A stretch of 41,892 bases of DNA from an uncultured bacterium (GTDB lineage Bacteria > Desulfobacterota > Binatia > HRBIN30). Shown here one piece after another: positions 9,027 to 18,722 of this stretch. The notes beneath the pieces were generated by a model, which ran no database searches, was not told the DNA's origin, and saw only the letters and a list, made by a program, of their open reading frames with translations. How positions within the stretch are numbered: position 1 is the stretch's first letter; each line of letters opens with the position of its first letter. The DNA lies in contig CALJUJ010000685.1 in assembly GCA_937975525.1 (NCBI GenBank), positions 1 through 41,892 on the forward strand. Direction: 5' to 3'. Made by a program: the position numbers and the translations under genes.

Positions 9027-10499
9027 ATGGCTGACAACCTTCCTGGTACGCCGACGACGGAATGGCAGCGCCAGACACCGGGCGCGGCGGCGTCGCAGGG
9101 CATTCTTGACCAGGTGATCGCGCAGGCCGCAGCGGCAGCGGCAGCGGCGGCACAGGCGGCACAGGATGCCTCGGACGCGACCGACCAGGCCACGGCCGCA
9201 GCGACGAGTGCGGGCAACGCGGAGTCGGCGGCGGTCGCGGCAGCGGCGAGCGCGTCATCGGCGAACACGTCAGCCGCAGCGGCAGCGGCGAGCGCAGCGG
9301 CGGCAGCGGCGGCAGCGGGGGAGTTGGGCGGCGCCGTCGCCGGGCAGATCCGCGTGTCGAAGGACGGTGGCCCGGCGAGCGTGGTGCAGAATGTCGATGT
9401 CGGCGCCGGGCTGTTCCTCAACGTCGTCGGCGACACGGCGTATGTGCGCACCGCCGTCGAACGCGGCGATGTCCAGATCGCGCCGGGCGCTATGACGGGC
9501 GGGCAGGTTGTCACCGGGACAATCGCGCTCGGGGCGCTCTCGGCGCTCCGGCGCATCGTCGCCTCGCACAAGGTGTGGCTGCGACTCTATGAGACCGCTG
9601 CTGACCGGACGGCCGATGCCGCGCGAGCGATGGACGCTGACCCGACGACACCGATCATCCTCGACATGATCCTCGTGAGTTCGCTAGATGAACTCGTGCG
9701 GGATGTCATGGCGTACAACGGCGACAACCCCGCCGTGAACGACATCTATTACTCGCTCAAGCTGCTGGAAGTCACGGGCGGTGCGAGCCAGTCGGCGTCC
9801 GATAGCGTGGCCGCAGGTGGTCCGACGGTTCTCTCGTCCACGACACCGACGGGTTCGCCGCAGGACTTCGATTACGAGTACACGGGAACGGCTGCGGACT
9901 TCGAAGTGGACATCTACGGGCAGATCACGGCGGCGAACGGCACCGTGACGCCTCGTCCGCTTCGGACGAGCATTGACCTCGTGGATGACGTGTTCGAGAT
10001 GTGGGTGGATCTCTACCGATTCTCGGTCGATCAGAACTCGGACTTCGGCGGGCTGATCTTCAACGTGCCGAATACGGCGATCGGCAGCTACGACAATCGG
10101 GTGTTCTACTCACTGCTTGCCAGTCGCGCCAGCAACTCGACGGCGCACATCCGACTGCAATACACGGACTCGGAAGGGGACACGTCGGTCATCGAGGAAG
10201 AACTGGACGTGTCGTTCGCCACGTCCACGGGCATTCGGCTTCGGATCGAAGTCAATGATCTCGATGTCACAGTGTACATGAGCGAGTTCGACACCGGGGC
10301 GAGCGAAGTGGAACTGTTCACGGCGACGCTGCCGGTGGATCTTCGCGACGGGAATCACAAGCGAGCCGGGGTCATGACCTATCGGCAGTTGGCGAGCAGC
10401 GGCATCCATGTCGCGGCTTGGGCGTTCACTGCAACAGCGCCGAGTACCGTTGTGCCGACGGTGGACGTGACGCGCACTCGACTGGAGGAAGCGGCATGA
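9027..10499 (+). CDS. tail fibre-like protein (Ala/Ser-rich fibre repeat N-terminal region)
   Basis: 490 aa. Residues about 30-100 form an A/S/T-rich run (AQAAAAAAAAAQAAQDASDATDQATAAATSAGNAESAAVAAAASASSANTSAAAAAASAAAAAAAA) like the SAxAA repeats of P2/Mu-type fibres. The C-terminal part is globular. Confidence 0.6.
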   Translation: MADNLPGTPTTEWQRQTPGAAASQGILDQVIAQAAAAAAAAAQAAQDASDATDQATAAATSAGNAESAAVAAAASASSANTSAAAAAASAAAAAAAAGELGGAVAGQIRVSKDGGPASVVQNVDVGAGLFLNVVGDTAYVRTAVERGDVQIAPGAMTGGQVVTGTIALGALSALRRIVASHKVWLRLYETAADRTADAARAMDADPTTPIILDMILVSSLDELVRDVMAYNGDNPAVNDIYYSLKLLEVTGGASQSASDSVAAGGPTVLSSTTPTGSPQDFDYEYTGTAADFEVDIYGQITAANGTVTPRPLRTSIDLVDDVFEMWVDLYRFSVDQNSDFGGLIFNVPNTAIGSYDNRVFYSLLASRASNSTAHIRLQYTDSEGDTSVIEEELDVSFATSTGIRLRIEVNDLDVTVYMSEFDTGASEVELFTATLPVDLRDGNHKRAGVMTYRQLASSGIHVAAWAFTATAPSTVVPTVDVTRTRLEEAA

Positions 10500-11317
10500 G
10501 CCGTCCGACACAGGGCCAGGCATGGCCGCGTCTCATCGCGGACTTCGACCGGAACAGGTTGCTTCCGACCGGGGGCGACGCCGACCAGGTGCTCGTCAAG
10601 GCGTCGGCGCTCGATTACGACTCGTTGTGGGGTGACGATCAGACGGGCGGCGGTGGGGGCGGCAGTGTGTTCCCGATCGCGGCGCCATCTTCGCCACACG
10701 CGCTTGACGACGAGTTCGTGTCCGCGTCGCTCGATGCTGCATGGACGGTGGTCAACTCCCCCGCCGGGGCGACGATTGACCCGGATTACGAAGGTTCCTG
10801 GTTGCGGGCGCAGATCCCTGCGGCGGCGACGGATGCCTATCAGATCCGGAAGGCGCTTGGCACGGTGTTTCAGGCGGGCACACAAGCGTCCGTCACTTTC
10901 CGTGTCGCATTGCGCGGGTTCGAGCAGTATTGCCAGGGCGGTATTGAACTGTGGGAGACCACCGCACGCGACACTGGCCGCGTCGTGGGGATGCTGTGCA
11001 CCGTGAACGGGACGAACACGACGATCGACTCCTTCAGTGCGAACAACAACTCCTTCAGCTACGGGGAAATCGGCGAAAGTCTTGCCAAGCCGCAGCAGCA
11101 TTTGTGGCTGCATTTGCAGCGTAGCGCGGGGAACGTGTTCTCGCGGTACGCGAGCACGGATGGAGTGGGCTGGCGGCGGTTCCGCAATGATGGAAGTTGG
11201 ACGTACGACTACAACTACCTGGTGGTCCGCATGTACGGGTCGAGCAGCGGTGGCTCACCGGACATGGAAGCACTGCTCGACTTCGTGCGGTTCAACTGGC
11301 TCTTCATCCCGCAGTAA
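10496..11317 (+). CDS. virion structural / fibre-associated protein
   Basis: 273 aa from ATG 10496 (ATGA overlap). Contains a Gly6 linker (DQTGGGGGGSVFP). The beta-rich C-terminal part looks like a concanavalin/jelly-roll fold (weak). Confidence 0.5.
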   Translation: MSRPTQGQAWPRLIADFDRNRLLPTGGDADQVLVKASALDYDSLWGDDQTGGGGGGSVFPIAAPSSPHALDDEFVSASLDAAWTVVNSPAGATIDPDYEGSWLRAQIPAAATDAYQIRKALGTVFQAGTQASVTFRVALRGFEQYCQGGIELWETTARDTGRVVGMLCTVNGTNTTIDSFSANNNSFSYGEIGESLAKPQQHLWLHLQRSAGNVFSRYASTDGVGWRRFRNDGSWTYDYNYLVVRMYGSSSGGSPDMEALLDFVRFNWLFIPQ

Positions 11318-11326
11318 GGGGCGACG

Positions 11327-12094
11327 ATGGCTGACGCAACGACTCCCGAACTCGGCCTCACGCAGCCCGAAGTCGGCGCTTCCGATGACACTTGGGGCGG
11401 CAAGATCAACGCAGCACTCGGCATCCTCGATGCGGCGTTCGATGAGGCCACGGGTCACAACCATGACGGCACGAACGGCAACGGGGCGCCCATCCCGCCG
11501 ATCGGTCTCTCGGGTTTCAGCGCCGGGTTCCCGGCGAAGCTCGATGACGATGATTTCATTGGCCGTGCCATCGCGGCGGTGTCGCTCGGTGGCTTGGCGG
11601 TCACAAACGGCGATGGCCTCGCCGGGGATCCGGCGCTCGCGATCTCTCCGGCCAACGCAACGGCGATCACGAGCATCGCCGACGATGATGTGTTCCTGCT
11701 CGGGGACACGTCCGATTCCGGCAATCTCAAGAAGGCCACACGGGCGAACATCCTGAAGGGCGCCCTGCTCACGTCACCGAAGCTCGTCTTCGTGGACAAG
11801 GGGTCTGTCTCGGGCACGGTGCAGTGTGACCTCTCGACGGGCAACTGGTTCCGGATCCAGATGACCGGCGCGATCACGCTGCAACTCACCAACCCGCCCG
11901 CGACGGGCGCGTTCGGTGTCGTGTTCGAACTGGTCAACCCCGGCAGCGCGGCGTGGACCTTCCCGTCGGGCTTCAAGTGGCCTGGTGGCACCGCGCCGTC
12001 ACTCACGGCGTCGGGCACCGATTTCCTGGTGGCGCTGTGCCGCGATGGTGGTGCGACGTACCGTGTCGTGCTCTCGCAGAAGGATTCGCGATGA
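11327..12094 (+). CDS. tail fibre protein
   Basis: The N-terminus PELGLTQPEVGASDDTWGGKINAALGILDAAF is the common fibre N-terminal motif (LGL..P..G...W...lN.N...lD). Confidence 0.55.
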   Translation: MADATTPELGLTQPEVGASDDTWGGKINAALGILDAAFDEATGHNHDGTNGNGAPIPPIGLSGFSAGFPAKLDDDDFIGRAIAAVSLGGLAVTNGDGLAGDPALAISPANATAITSIADDDVFLLGDTSDSGNLKKATRANILKGALLTSPKLVFVDKGSVSGTVQCDLSTGNWFRIQMTGAITLQLTNPPATGAFGVVFELVNPGSAAWTFPSGFKWPGGTAPSLTASGTDFLVALCRDGGATYRVVLSQKDSR

Positions 12095-13053
12095 TCTTCG
12101 AACTGCTGACCGGAGTCCAGACCGTCGCCGGGGGCGGCGGGGGTGGCGGGGGCGGTGGCGCGGAGCGCTACGCGGCCTCGCTCTACACGGGCACGGGTGC
12201 AGCGCGGACGATCGCGAACGGCGTGAACCTGCAAGACAACGGTGGCATGGTCATGTTCAAGCGCCGTGCGGCTGTTGAGGACTTCGCGATCTTTGACAGC
12301 CCGCGAAGCTGGATTCGCCGGTCGCGCCCGAACTCGGGTGTGCCGGATGACATCGTGTCGGCGCTGTCACCCGCGACTACGGGGTTCGTGCTTTCGGGAG
12401 CAAACTACAATGCTCTTGGGGAGACCTACGTTGCCTGGGCGTTGCGCAACCTGACCGGGTTCTTCAAGGCCCAAGCGTTCACCGGGGGCGTGTCACTCGT
12501 GTCGCACGGCCTCGGCGCAACGCCGGGCTTCATCATGGTCATGAAGCGGACGACGCGCGGCTCGCCGTACGATGGACAGGAGCACGGGCTGTTTTGGCAC
12601 CGAGACATGGTGCTCGGGGAGGCCAACCGCATCGGGCAGTCGAACCCGGACAGCTTCGTCGCGTACATCGACAACGTGGGTGCCTCGCAGTTCCGGTTGC
12701 AGGGTGCTTATTGGGGCGCGACTGACACGTACATCGCGTACAGTTTCGGTCACGATGATGATCTCGTGTCGTGCGGCAGTTACACCGGGTCGAAGTCAGC
12801 GGGCGATGCCACCGAGCAGACGGTGACGCTGCCGTTCGCGCCGTCGATGGTCATGGTCTTCACGAAGCAGTTCGGCAATGCACACGCGATCTACGATGTG
12901 GTGCGTGGCGCCGATCTGTTCTTGAGCGAGACAGCGGGCGAAGGTGGCGAAGGAGTCCGACTGTCAGGTACGGATCTGCTGGTCAAGAACGATGCGGCGA
13001 CACGACAGTTCGCGTTGTCAGGCGAGACCTTTTACTACGTGGCCTTGCGATGA
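12091..13053 (+). CDS. virion structural protein (Gly10 linker)
   Basis: 320 aa from ATG 12091 (ATGA overlap). Has a G10 run after residue 13. The motif YTGTGAARTIANGVNLQDNGGMVMFKRR resembles a conserved phage structural-protein motif (YTGNG...I.ngidl...GGLVW.K.R). Confidence 0.5.
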   Translation: MIFELLTGVQTVAGGGGGGGGGGAERYAASLYTGTGAARTIANGVNLQDNGGMVMFKRRAAVEDFAIFDSPRSWIRRSRPNSGVPDDIVSALSPATTGFVLSGANYNALGETYVAWALRNLTGFFKAQAFTGGVSLVSHGLGATPGFIMVMKRTTRGSPYDGQEHGLFWHRDMVLGEANRIGQSNPDSFVAYIDNVGASQFRLQGAYWGATDTYIAYSFGHDDDLVSCGSYTGSKSAGDATEQTVTLPFAPSMVMVFTKQFGNAHAIYDVVRGADLFLSETAGEGGEGVRLSGTDLLVKNDAATRQFALSGETFYYVALR

Positions 13054-13388
13054 ACGATACTGAATACACGCCGCAACGACAGGGAGCACTTCTGCGCGAG
13101 GGAGAGCCGTGGTGGAAGGCGGTTCCCAATCTCTTCCAGCGGTGGAAGGGACCGGCTGCGCTCATGTGGGGGCTGCTTGGCGGGGCGATCAGCACGACCG
13201 TCTATCGGTTCCTGGTTGTTGACCAGGTGCAGGCGCAATCGCGTCGGATCACGGCGCTGGAGACGCGCGTCGAACTGATTGAGAAGCAGTCGAGTGGCAC
13301 CTTCAAGGGGGTGTGCATGCAACTCACGCTGGCACAGCAGCAGTTGGGCGACATGAACTGCCCGTCTGCCCTGGTGAAGCACCCGTGA
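13050..13388 (+). CDS. membrane protein, lysis-cassette associated (holin/antiholin candidate)
   Basis: 112 aa from ATG 13050 (ATGA overlap). One TM helix (GPAALMWGLLGGAISTTVYRFLVV) followed by a coiled coil. Sits directly upstream of the holin-like and amidase genes. Confidence 0.4.
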   Translation: MNDTEYTPQRQGALLREGEPWWKAVPNLFQRWKGPAALMWGLLGGAISTTVYRFLVVDQVQAQSRRITALETRVELIEKQSSGTFKGVCMQLTLAQQQLGDMNCPSALVKHP

Positions 13389-13720
13389 CGTGGTACGCGA
13401 AGTGGTGGCGCCGGGTGCCGTGGGCGGTGCGCGTGGTCGTGCATCCCGACGAGGAACTGGACATGAAGGACAAGGAGGGGCGCCCCGATCATGCCAAGAT
13501 CGTCGGGTTGTTCGCCTTCACCGTGTTCATCGTGCTCATCCTCATGGGGAAGACGCCACCACTCGGACACACGATCGCCCTGCTCTCGGTGATCTTCGGC
13601 TGGATCGGGTGGCGGGCATTCTTGGCGAGCCGGACAGCGACGAGTCACGAGACGATCGAGACGAAGCTGTGGCCGCTGGAGAAGGAGTCCGAGCGCATGC
13701 CGGATGACGAACGTGCCTGA
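13385..13720 (+). CDS. holin candidate (two TM helices)
   Basis: 111 aa from GTG 13385 (GTGA overlap). TM helices IVGLFAFTVFIVLILMG and IALLSVIFGWIGWRAFLA, with a charged C-terminus. Immediately precedes the amidase. Confidence 0.45.
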   Translation: MTWYAKWWRRVPWAVRVVVHPDEELDMKDKEGRPDHAKIVGLFAFTVFIVLILMGKTPPLGHTIALLSVIFGWIGWRAFLASRTATSHETIETKLWPLEKESERMPDDERA

Positions 13721-14246
13721 CAAGATCAGCCCGAACAAGAGCAAGCGCCGTGAGAAGGTGGCGTATTTGGTGGTGCACTGGACGGGCGGCACGTTCGCGT
13801 CAGCAGTGGATTGGTGCCTGCGCGATGAGAGCGACGTGAGTTACCACGTCATCATCGCACCCGATGGCGAGGCACGACAGATCGTGCCGTGGGAATATGC
13901 GGCGTGGGCGGTAGGCTGGTCGAAGTCGCCGTACCCGGACTTCCCGTTCATGTCGGGCAATCATGCGAGCGAGTCGATCGCGTTGGCGGGTGGTCCCCCT
14001 GTGGCGCCGACGCAGAAGCAGCGGGAACGGCTGGTGGTCATCCTCGCCGAGCGCATGGTGGCGAACGGATGGGACCATGACCAGGTGTGGCGGATCATCG
14101 GGCATGACCAGACAGCGGTCTTCAAGCCCGGTCATCCGCAGGCGGGACAGTTCGGGCGGAAGCCCGATCCACAGGGGCACGGGTGGCTACCGCTGATTCC
14201 GATCCGTGAAGCGGTGCGCACCCTTCTTCGAGGGCCGACGACATGA
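13704..14246 (+). CDS. N-acetylmuramoyl-L-alanine amidase (Amidase_2/PGRP, T7 lysozyme-like endolysin)
   Basis: Motifs VVHWTGG, VSYHVIIAPDG, AAWAVGWS and IGHDQ...GRKPDP are typical of zinc amidase_2 endolysins. Confidence 0.85.
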   Translation: MTNVPDKISPNKSKRREKVAYLVVHWTGGTFASAVDWCLRDESDVSYHVIIAPDGEARQIVPWEYAAWAVGWSKSPYPDFPFMSGNHASESIALAGGPPVAPTQKQRERLVVILAERMVANGWDHDQVWRIIGHDQTAVFKPGHPQAGQFGRKPDPQGHGWLPLIPIREAVRTLLRGPTT

Positions 14247-14899
14247 AATGGGCGATTGCGGTGTTGGCTGGCTTGGTTGCGTTCTTGGGCGTCACGGTGC
14301 TCTTGCAGGACCGGGCGGCGTTCGACGCACGGGAAGAGGCAGCGGAAGCGTTGGCAAAGGTGGTCGCGTACCAGGAGCGACTGTCCTTCGCTGAACACAC
14401 GCTCGCCACGGCCATGACCCGGCATGGGGAGTTGCAGCAGGAGGCCGCGACTGAACGCGATGCGCGGGTCGCGGCGGAACGGCGATACAACCTCCTGCGC
14501 CGGGATCTCACGCCGGTTCCACCCGTGGTGCCCGGCGAGTGTGACTGCGATACGTTGCGCGTCCTCATTGCGGAACGCGATTCCGCACTCGATGCCGGTG
14601 GCGCGGTTGCCGAAGGACTGCGGCGGGAGAATCGGGTACTCGCCGCCGACACCGCAACGCTCGCATCGGCGGGGCGCCTGGCGCAGCGGATGCTCGCGGA
14701 TACCACGAACGCCCTAGAGGCCGCGCGGCGGTCGCTGATGAACACGGCGACGGGCGCCACCGAGCCGCGATCATGGAAGCGGTTCTTGCCGAGCGTGTGG
14801 GTTGGCAAGGAAGTGATCGCGTACGACTTCAATCGGCAGAAGCTTGAGATCGCATCGTCGCGGGTGTCGGCGAGCGTGGGATGGGAGATCGACTTCTAA
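14243..14899 (+). CDS. spanin-like / lysis accessory protein (N-terminal TM plus coiled coil)
   Basis: 218 aa with an ATGA overlap to the amidase. N-terminal TM helix WAIAVLAGLVAFLGVTVLL followed by a long helical region. No embedded lipoprotein ORF was seen. Confidence 0.4.
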   Translation: MKWAIAVLAGLVAFLGVTVLLQDRAAFDAREEAAEALAKVVAYQERLSFAEHTLATAMTRHGELQQEAATERDARVAAERRYNLLRRDLTPVPPVVPGECDCDTLRVLIAERDSALDAGGAVAEGLRRENRVLAADTATLASAGRLAQRMLADTTNALEAARRSLMNTATGATEPRSWKRFLPSVWVGKEVIAYDFNRQKLEIASSRVSASVGWEIDF

Positions 14900-16374
14900 T
14901 GTTCGCTCCGCTGAATATCCCGCCCGGTGTGTACCGGAATGGCACGAACTACCAGTCCCTCGGACGGTGGTTCGATGCCAATCTCGTGCGGTGGTACGCG
15001 AAGACGATGCGGGCCGTCGGCGGGTGGGTCAAGTCAGTGGACACGCAGATGTCGGGACCGGGGCGCGGCATGACTGCCTGGCGCTCCACGGCGGGATCGC
15101 GTCTGTGCGCGATCGGCGTGCCGGACAATCTCTACGTGTGGGACGACGACTCGATCACCGACATTACCCCGGCCGGGTTCCCGAGCGGCAAGGTGGACAC
15201 GTTCTACGGCGTGGGCTACGGCTTCGGTCCTTACGGCGCGGGGCCGTACGGGCAGACCAGCGGCAGCGGCACGAAGCTCGACGCAACGACGTGGACGCTC
15301 GACAACTTCGGTCAGGTGCTCATCGCGTGCGCCTCGCACGACGGCACGATCTATGAGTGGACGCCGGGCGACCCTGCGGCCGTGGCGGTCGCGAACGCGC
15401 CGGAGGCCCGCGCGATCTTCGTGACGCAGGAACGGATCGTCGTGGCGCTCGGGGCCGACGGTAATGCTCGCAAGGTCATGTGGAGCAACCAGGAGGATCG
15501 CGAGGACTGGACGGCAGATCCGCTCAACCAGGCAGGCGAGATTCTGATCCAGACGACCGGCAACCTCCTCGCCGGGGTGCGCACGCGAGGCGAGAACCTG
15601 TTGCTCACGTCCACCGATGCGCACACGATGCGCTATCTCGGCCCACCATACGTGTACGGGTTCGATCGCGTCGGCGACAACTGCGGGCTCATCTCGACGC
15701 TCGGGGTGCAGCCGTTGGAAGGCGGCGCTGCGTGGATGGGCTTCAGGAACTTCTATCTCTTCAGCGGTGGCGTGGTGCGCCCGCTGGAGTGCGACGTGCA
15801 TGACTACGTGTTCTCGGATCTCAACATCGCCCAAGCCGCGAAGGTGTGCAGCGGGCACGTTGCGCAGTTCGGCGAGATCTGGTGGTTCTACCCGTCGGCC
15901 AACTCGAACGTGATTGACCGCTATGTGGTCTGGAACTACCGGGAGAATCACTGGTCGATCGGGACACTGGCCCGGTCGTGCTGGATCGACGCCGGGATCT
16001 TCCTCAAGCCGCTGGCGGTGAGCGAAGACGGTTACCTGTATGAGCACGAGAGCGGGTGGACCGATGATGGCAGTGACCGGCTGACTTCGATCTTCGCCAA
16101 GAGTGGCCCGGTGGAAGTCGGCACCGGGGATCGGATCATGATGGTGCGCCAGATGATTCCCGACGAACTCACGCCGATGTCCTGGCAGGTGCGCGTCGCG
16201 ACACAGTTCACGCCGGAGGGTCCGGCGTACGATCACGGGCCGTACATCTGCGAGCCGTACACCGACATGCTCTTCTCGGGGCGTCAGGTGGCGGTGCAGT
16301 TCGAGGCCATTCAGGACATCGACATCCGGCTCGGCATCTGCCGGTTCGATGGTCAGCCCGGAGCACGGCGATGA
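14899..16374 (+). CDS. virion/tail structural protein
   Basis: 491 aa from ATG 14899 (TAATG junction). The N-terminus MFAPLNIPPGVYRNGTNYQSLGRWFDANLVRW is a motif I recall from podovirus tail proteins. The exact role was not established. Confidence 0.5.
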   Translation: MFAPLNIPPGVYRNGTNYQSLGRWFDANLVRWYAKTMRAVGGWVKSVDTQMSGPGRGMTAWRSTAGSRLCAIGVPDNLYVWDDDSITDITPAGFPSGKVDTFYGVGYGFGPYGAGPYGQTSGSGTKLDATTWTLDNFGQVLIACASHDGTIYEWTPGDPAAVAVANAPEARAIFVTQERIVVALGADGNARKVMWSNQEDREDWTADPLNQAGEILIQTTGNLLAGVRTRGENLLLTSTDAHTMRYLGPPYVYGFDRVGDNCGLISTLGVQPLEGGAAWMGFRNFYLFSGGVVRPLECDVHDYVFSDLNIAQAAKVCSGHVAQFGEIWWFYPSANSNVIDRYVVWNYRENHWSIGTLARSCWIDAGIFLKPLAVSEDGYLYEHESGWTDDGSDRLTSIFAKSGPVEVGTGDRIMMVRQMIPDELTPMSWQVRVATQFTPEGPAYDHGPYICEPYTDMLFSGRQVAVQFEAIQDIDIRLGICRFDGQPGARR

Positions 16375-16598
16375 ATCTCCCGAAGCCTGGCGATCGGTAC
16401 AGCCGCACCGAAGAGGAACAGCGCAATCGCGAGATCGAGAAGGCGGATCGCGAGAACTTCAAGCGGTTTCAGGACATCGAACTGCAACCACCACGCGGGG
16501 GGCGACCGGGCACCCGGATCATCCTGCGCAGCCCGGACGGGTCGCGATGGGCGTTGAGCGTGGACGACATGGGATCGTTGTCGGTCGTGTCTGCATGA
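16371..16598 (+). CDS. hypothetical protein
   Basis: 75 aa with ATGA overlaps on both sides. Confidence 0.55.
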   Translation: MNLPKPGDRYSRTEEEQRNREIEKADRENFKRFQDIELQPPRGGRPGTRIILRSPDGSRWALSVDDMGSLSVVSA

Positions 16599-16972
16599 CC
16601 CCTGCCGAGTTCGAGCGGGAATGGGCGCGGTGCTCGCACTGGATCGAGGCAGCGTTGCGGCACGGCGCGGATCACACGTCGCTGGAGGACGTGAAGGAAG
16701 CGATCGTTGCGGGACACATGTATCTCTGGCCTGCGGTTGACGCAGCCATTGTCACGCAGGTAGTAGGTTCACGCAGGAAGGAATGCAACCTCTATCTCGG
16801 GGGTGGCTCGATGGCGACGATCGAGCGGATGATCCCGGTGATCGAGGATTACGCCCGCAGCATGGGGTGTGAGATCATGACGGTGACGGGGCGACGTGGT
16901 TGGGAGCGGACGTTCCTCACGAAGACGGCAGGCTACCGGCCCACGGCCACTCTCTACGGGAAGGCACTGTGA
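16595..16972 (+). CDS. hypothetical protein (weak GNAT-fold resemblance)
   Basis: 125 aa from ATG 16595. The C-terminal pattern IEDYARSMGCEIMTVTGRRGWERTF recalls small phage acetyltransferase-fold proteins. Weak evidence. Confidence 0.45.
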   Translation: MTPAEFEREWARCSHWIEAALRHGADHTSLEDVKEAIVAGHMYLWPAVDAAIVTQVVGSRRKECNLYLGGGSMATIERMIPVIEDYARSMGCEIMTVTGRRGWERTFLTKTAGYRPTATLYGKAL

Positions 16973-18273
16973 AGGGTCCATCGAATCAGACGGTGACGAA
17001 CAGGACCGAAGTTGACCCGGCCACGCGTGCGCGGCAGGACGTGTTGTGGAACACGGCCTACCAGGCGCTCGGGGGCACCGTGCCGGAAGGCGGGTCAAGC
17101 GGCGGGTCGCTGTGGGACCGCGCGGTGCGCAGTCGCATGGGAGGCGGCGGGGGTGCGCCGTCGATGCCCGCACTCGATCCGAGCGTGCTCCAGTACAACC
17201 CGTACACCGGAGAGCGGTTCGCGACGCCCAACCAGGACATGACGGATTCCTGGCAGATGGCCCGCAACGCCGCCGACGCGGGCACGGGTGCGGTCACGCG
17301 CGGGGAAGAAGTCTTCCGCGATTTGGCCGGGTTCCAGCCGCGCACGGTGACGCCGGGTCTCATGGATTCCTACACCGCCGACATGACGGGCATCGGCACC
17401 ACGCCGAGTGCGGTGTCGCCGACAGCGGTGAGCGCTCGCGATGTCACGTCGAAGAACTTCACCGACTACGACATCAGCAAGTACATGAACCCGTTCATCG
17501 GGTCGGTCGTAGATGCGTCGCTCTCGGATCTCGATCGGTCTCGGCAGGGGATGATCCAGCAGGGGCAGGCAGCAGCGGCCAAGGCGGGCGCGTACGGTGG
17601 TTCGCGGCACGGTGTCGCGGACAGCCTCACCAACGAGGCGGCGCTGCGCGAGGCGGCGATGGCGAGCGCCAATCTCCGCAAGGCCGGGTTCGACACGGCG
17701 GCGGGCCTCATTACCGGCGATGCGAATCGCGATCTCGCGGCGCAGCAGGGCAACCAGGGCAAGGACGTGGCGGTTGGCACGGCCAACGCGGCGAACGCCC
17801 TCAACGCCGGGATCGCGAACAACACGTTTGCGCAGAATCGGGATGCGCTCTTCGCGGACATTTCCAAGTTCAATGCCGCGCAGAAGCAGTCGGCATCGCA
17901 GTTCAACACGGGCCTCGACTTCCAGGGACAGACGGCGAACCAGAATGCCGATGTCGCAGGCGCGGGCGTGCGGACGAGCGCCGCAAGCGGCCTGGTCAAC
18001 ACGGGAGCGACGCAGCAGGCGATGGCCGGGAAGGGCGCCGACTTGCTCAACCGGATCGGGTTGCAGCGTTACGGACTCGATCAGCAGCAGAAGGACTTCG
18101 ATTTCCAGCAGTGGCAGATGGGGCAGCACCCGGACCCGTACGGCAAGCTCAACTGGCTCTCGGGCTTCACGGGCACTCCGGCGATGTCCAGCACCACCAC
18201 GACGCCGATGCACACGAACCCGTTGGGCCAACTCGCCGGAGCGGCGGCGACGGTTCTCCCCTTCCTGCTGTGA
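16969..18273 (+). CDS. internal virion / ejection-type protein
   Basis: 434 aa from GTG 16969 (GTGA overlap). G/A/N/Q-rich. The motif YMNPFIGSVVD...AGAYGGSRHGV is common in podovirus internal proteins. Hydrophobic C-terminus. Confidence 0.5.
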   Translation: MKGPSNQTVTNRTEVDPATRARQDVLWNTAYQALGGTVPEGGSSGGSLWDRAVRSRMGGGGGAPSMPALDPSVLQYNPYTGERFATPNQDMTDSWQMARNAADAGTGAVTRGEEVFRDLAGFQPRTVTPGLMDSYTADMTGIGTTPSAVSPTAVSARDVTSKNFTDYDISKYMNPFIGSVVDASLSDLDRSRQGMIQQGQAAAAKAGAYGGSRHGVADSLTNEAALREAAMASANLRKAGFDTAAGLITGDANRDLAAQQGNQGKDVAVGTANAANALNAGIANNTFAQNRDALFADISKFNAAQKQSASQFNTGLDFQGQTANQNADVAGAGVRTSAASGLVNTGATQQAMAGKGADLLNRIGLQRYGLDQQQKDFDFQQWQMGQHPDPYGKLNWLSGFTGTPAMSSTTTTPMHTNPLGQLAGAAATVLPFLL

Positions 18274-18281
18274 GGTAGATC

Positions 18282-18719
18282 ATGCTTCCGTTTGCAGCAC
18301 TCATGGCAGCGAAGGTCGGGGCGGGATTGCTCAACCGTCCCAAGTTCACGCCGCCTGCTCCGCACCCGACGGCGCCACCGGGCTTGTTGGATCCACAGGC
18401 TCAAGTCGATCGCGTGCGCCAGGCCGCACTCGGGGCGGGTGGCGGGTCGGATCCGATCGCGATCACGCCGCAGATGCAGCGGACACAGGCACCCCCGCCG
18501 ATGCAACTGCGGGGGCTGCTCGATCCCGAGCCGGAGAAGAAGGGATTGTCCCCGGAGATGCGTCGGGCGATCATGATGTCGGGTCTCAACATGATGCAGA
18601 ATCCGAACGGCGGGTTCGGGGGCATGGTCAATGCCGCCGCGCCCGTGCTCGAACAGTTGCTTGCGAAGCGCCAGGCCGAGGGCAAGCCTGGTTTCCTGAC
18701 ATCGTTGCTCGGGAGGTAG
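18282..18719 (+). CDS. hypothetical virion-module protein
   Basis: 145 aa with a hydrophobic N-terminus (MLPFAALMAAKVGAGLL). Lies between internal-protein genes. Confidence 0.55.
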   Translation: MLPFAALMAAKVGAGLLNRPKFTPPAPHPTAPPGLLDPQAQVDRVRQAALGAGGGSDPIAITPQMQRTQAPPPMQLRGLLDPEPEKKGLSPEMRRAIMMSGLNMMQNPNGGFGGMVNAAAPVLEQLLAKRQAEGKPGFLTSLLGR

Positions 18720-18722
18720 CCC

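Noticed and set aside
9027-13053. A diversity-generating retroelement acting on the fibre genes, as in BPP-1-like phages.
   Set aside because: No reverse transcriptase ORF and no obvious template/variable repeat pair were seen by eye. A computational repeat search was not possible.
14693-14712. A 14-nt identity CTCGCGGATACCAC shared with the early-gene leader at 23662-23675.
   Set aside because: It lies within coding sequence (MLADTTNA). A 14-mer coincidence is within chance expectation for 42 kb of biased composition.
14424-14717. An embedded o-spanin (Rz1-like) ORF in the +1 frame of the spanin-like gene.
   Set aside because: The translation is Arg-rich and has no signal peptide or lipobox (L-x-x-C). 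It looks like a frame artefact.
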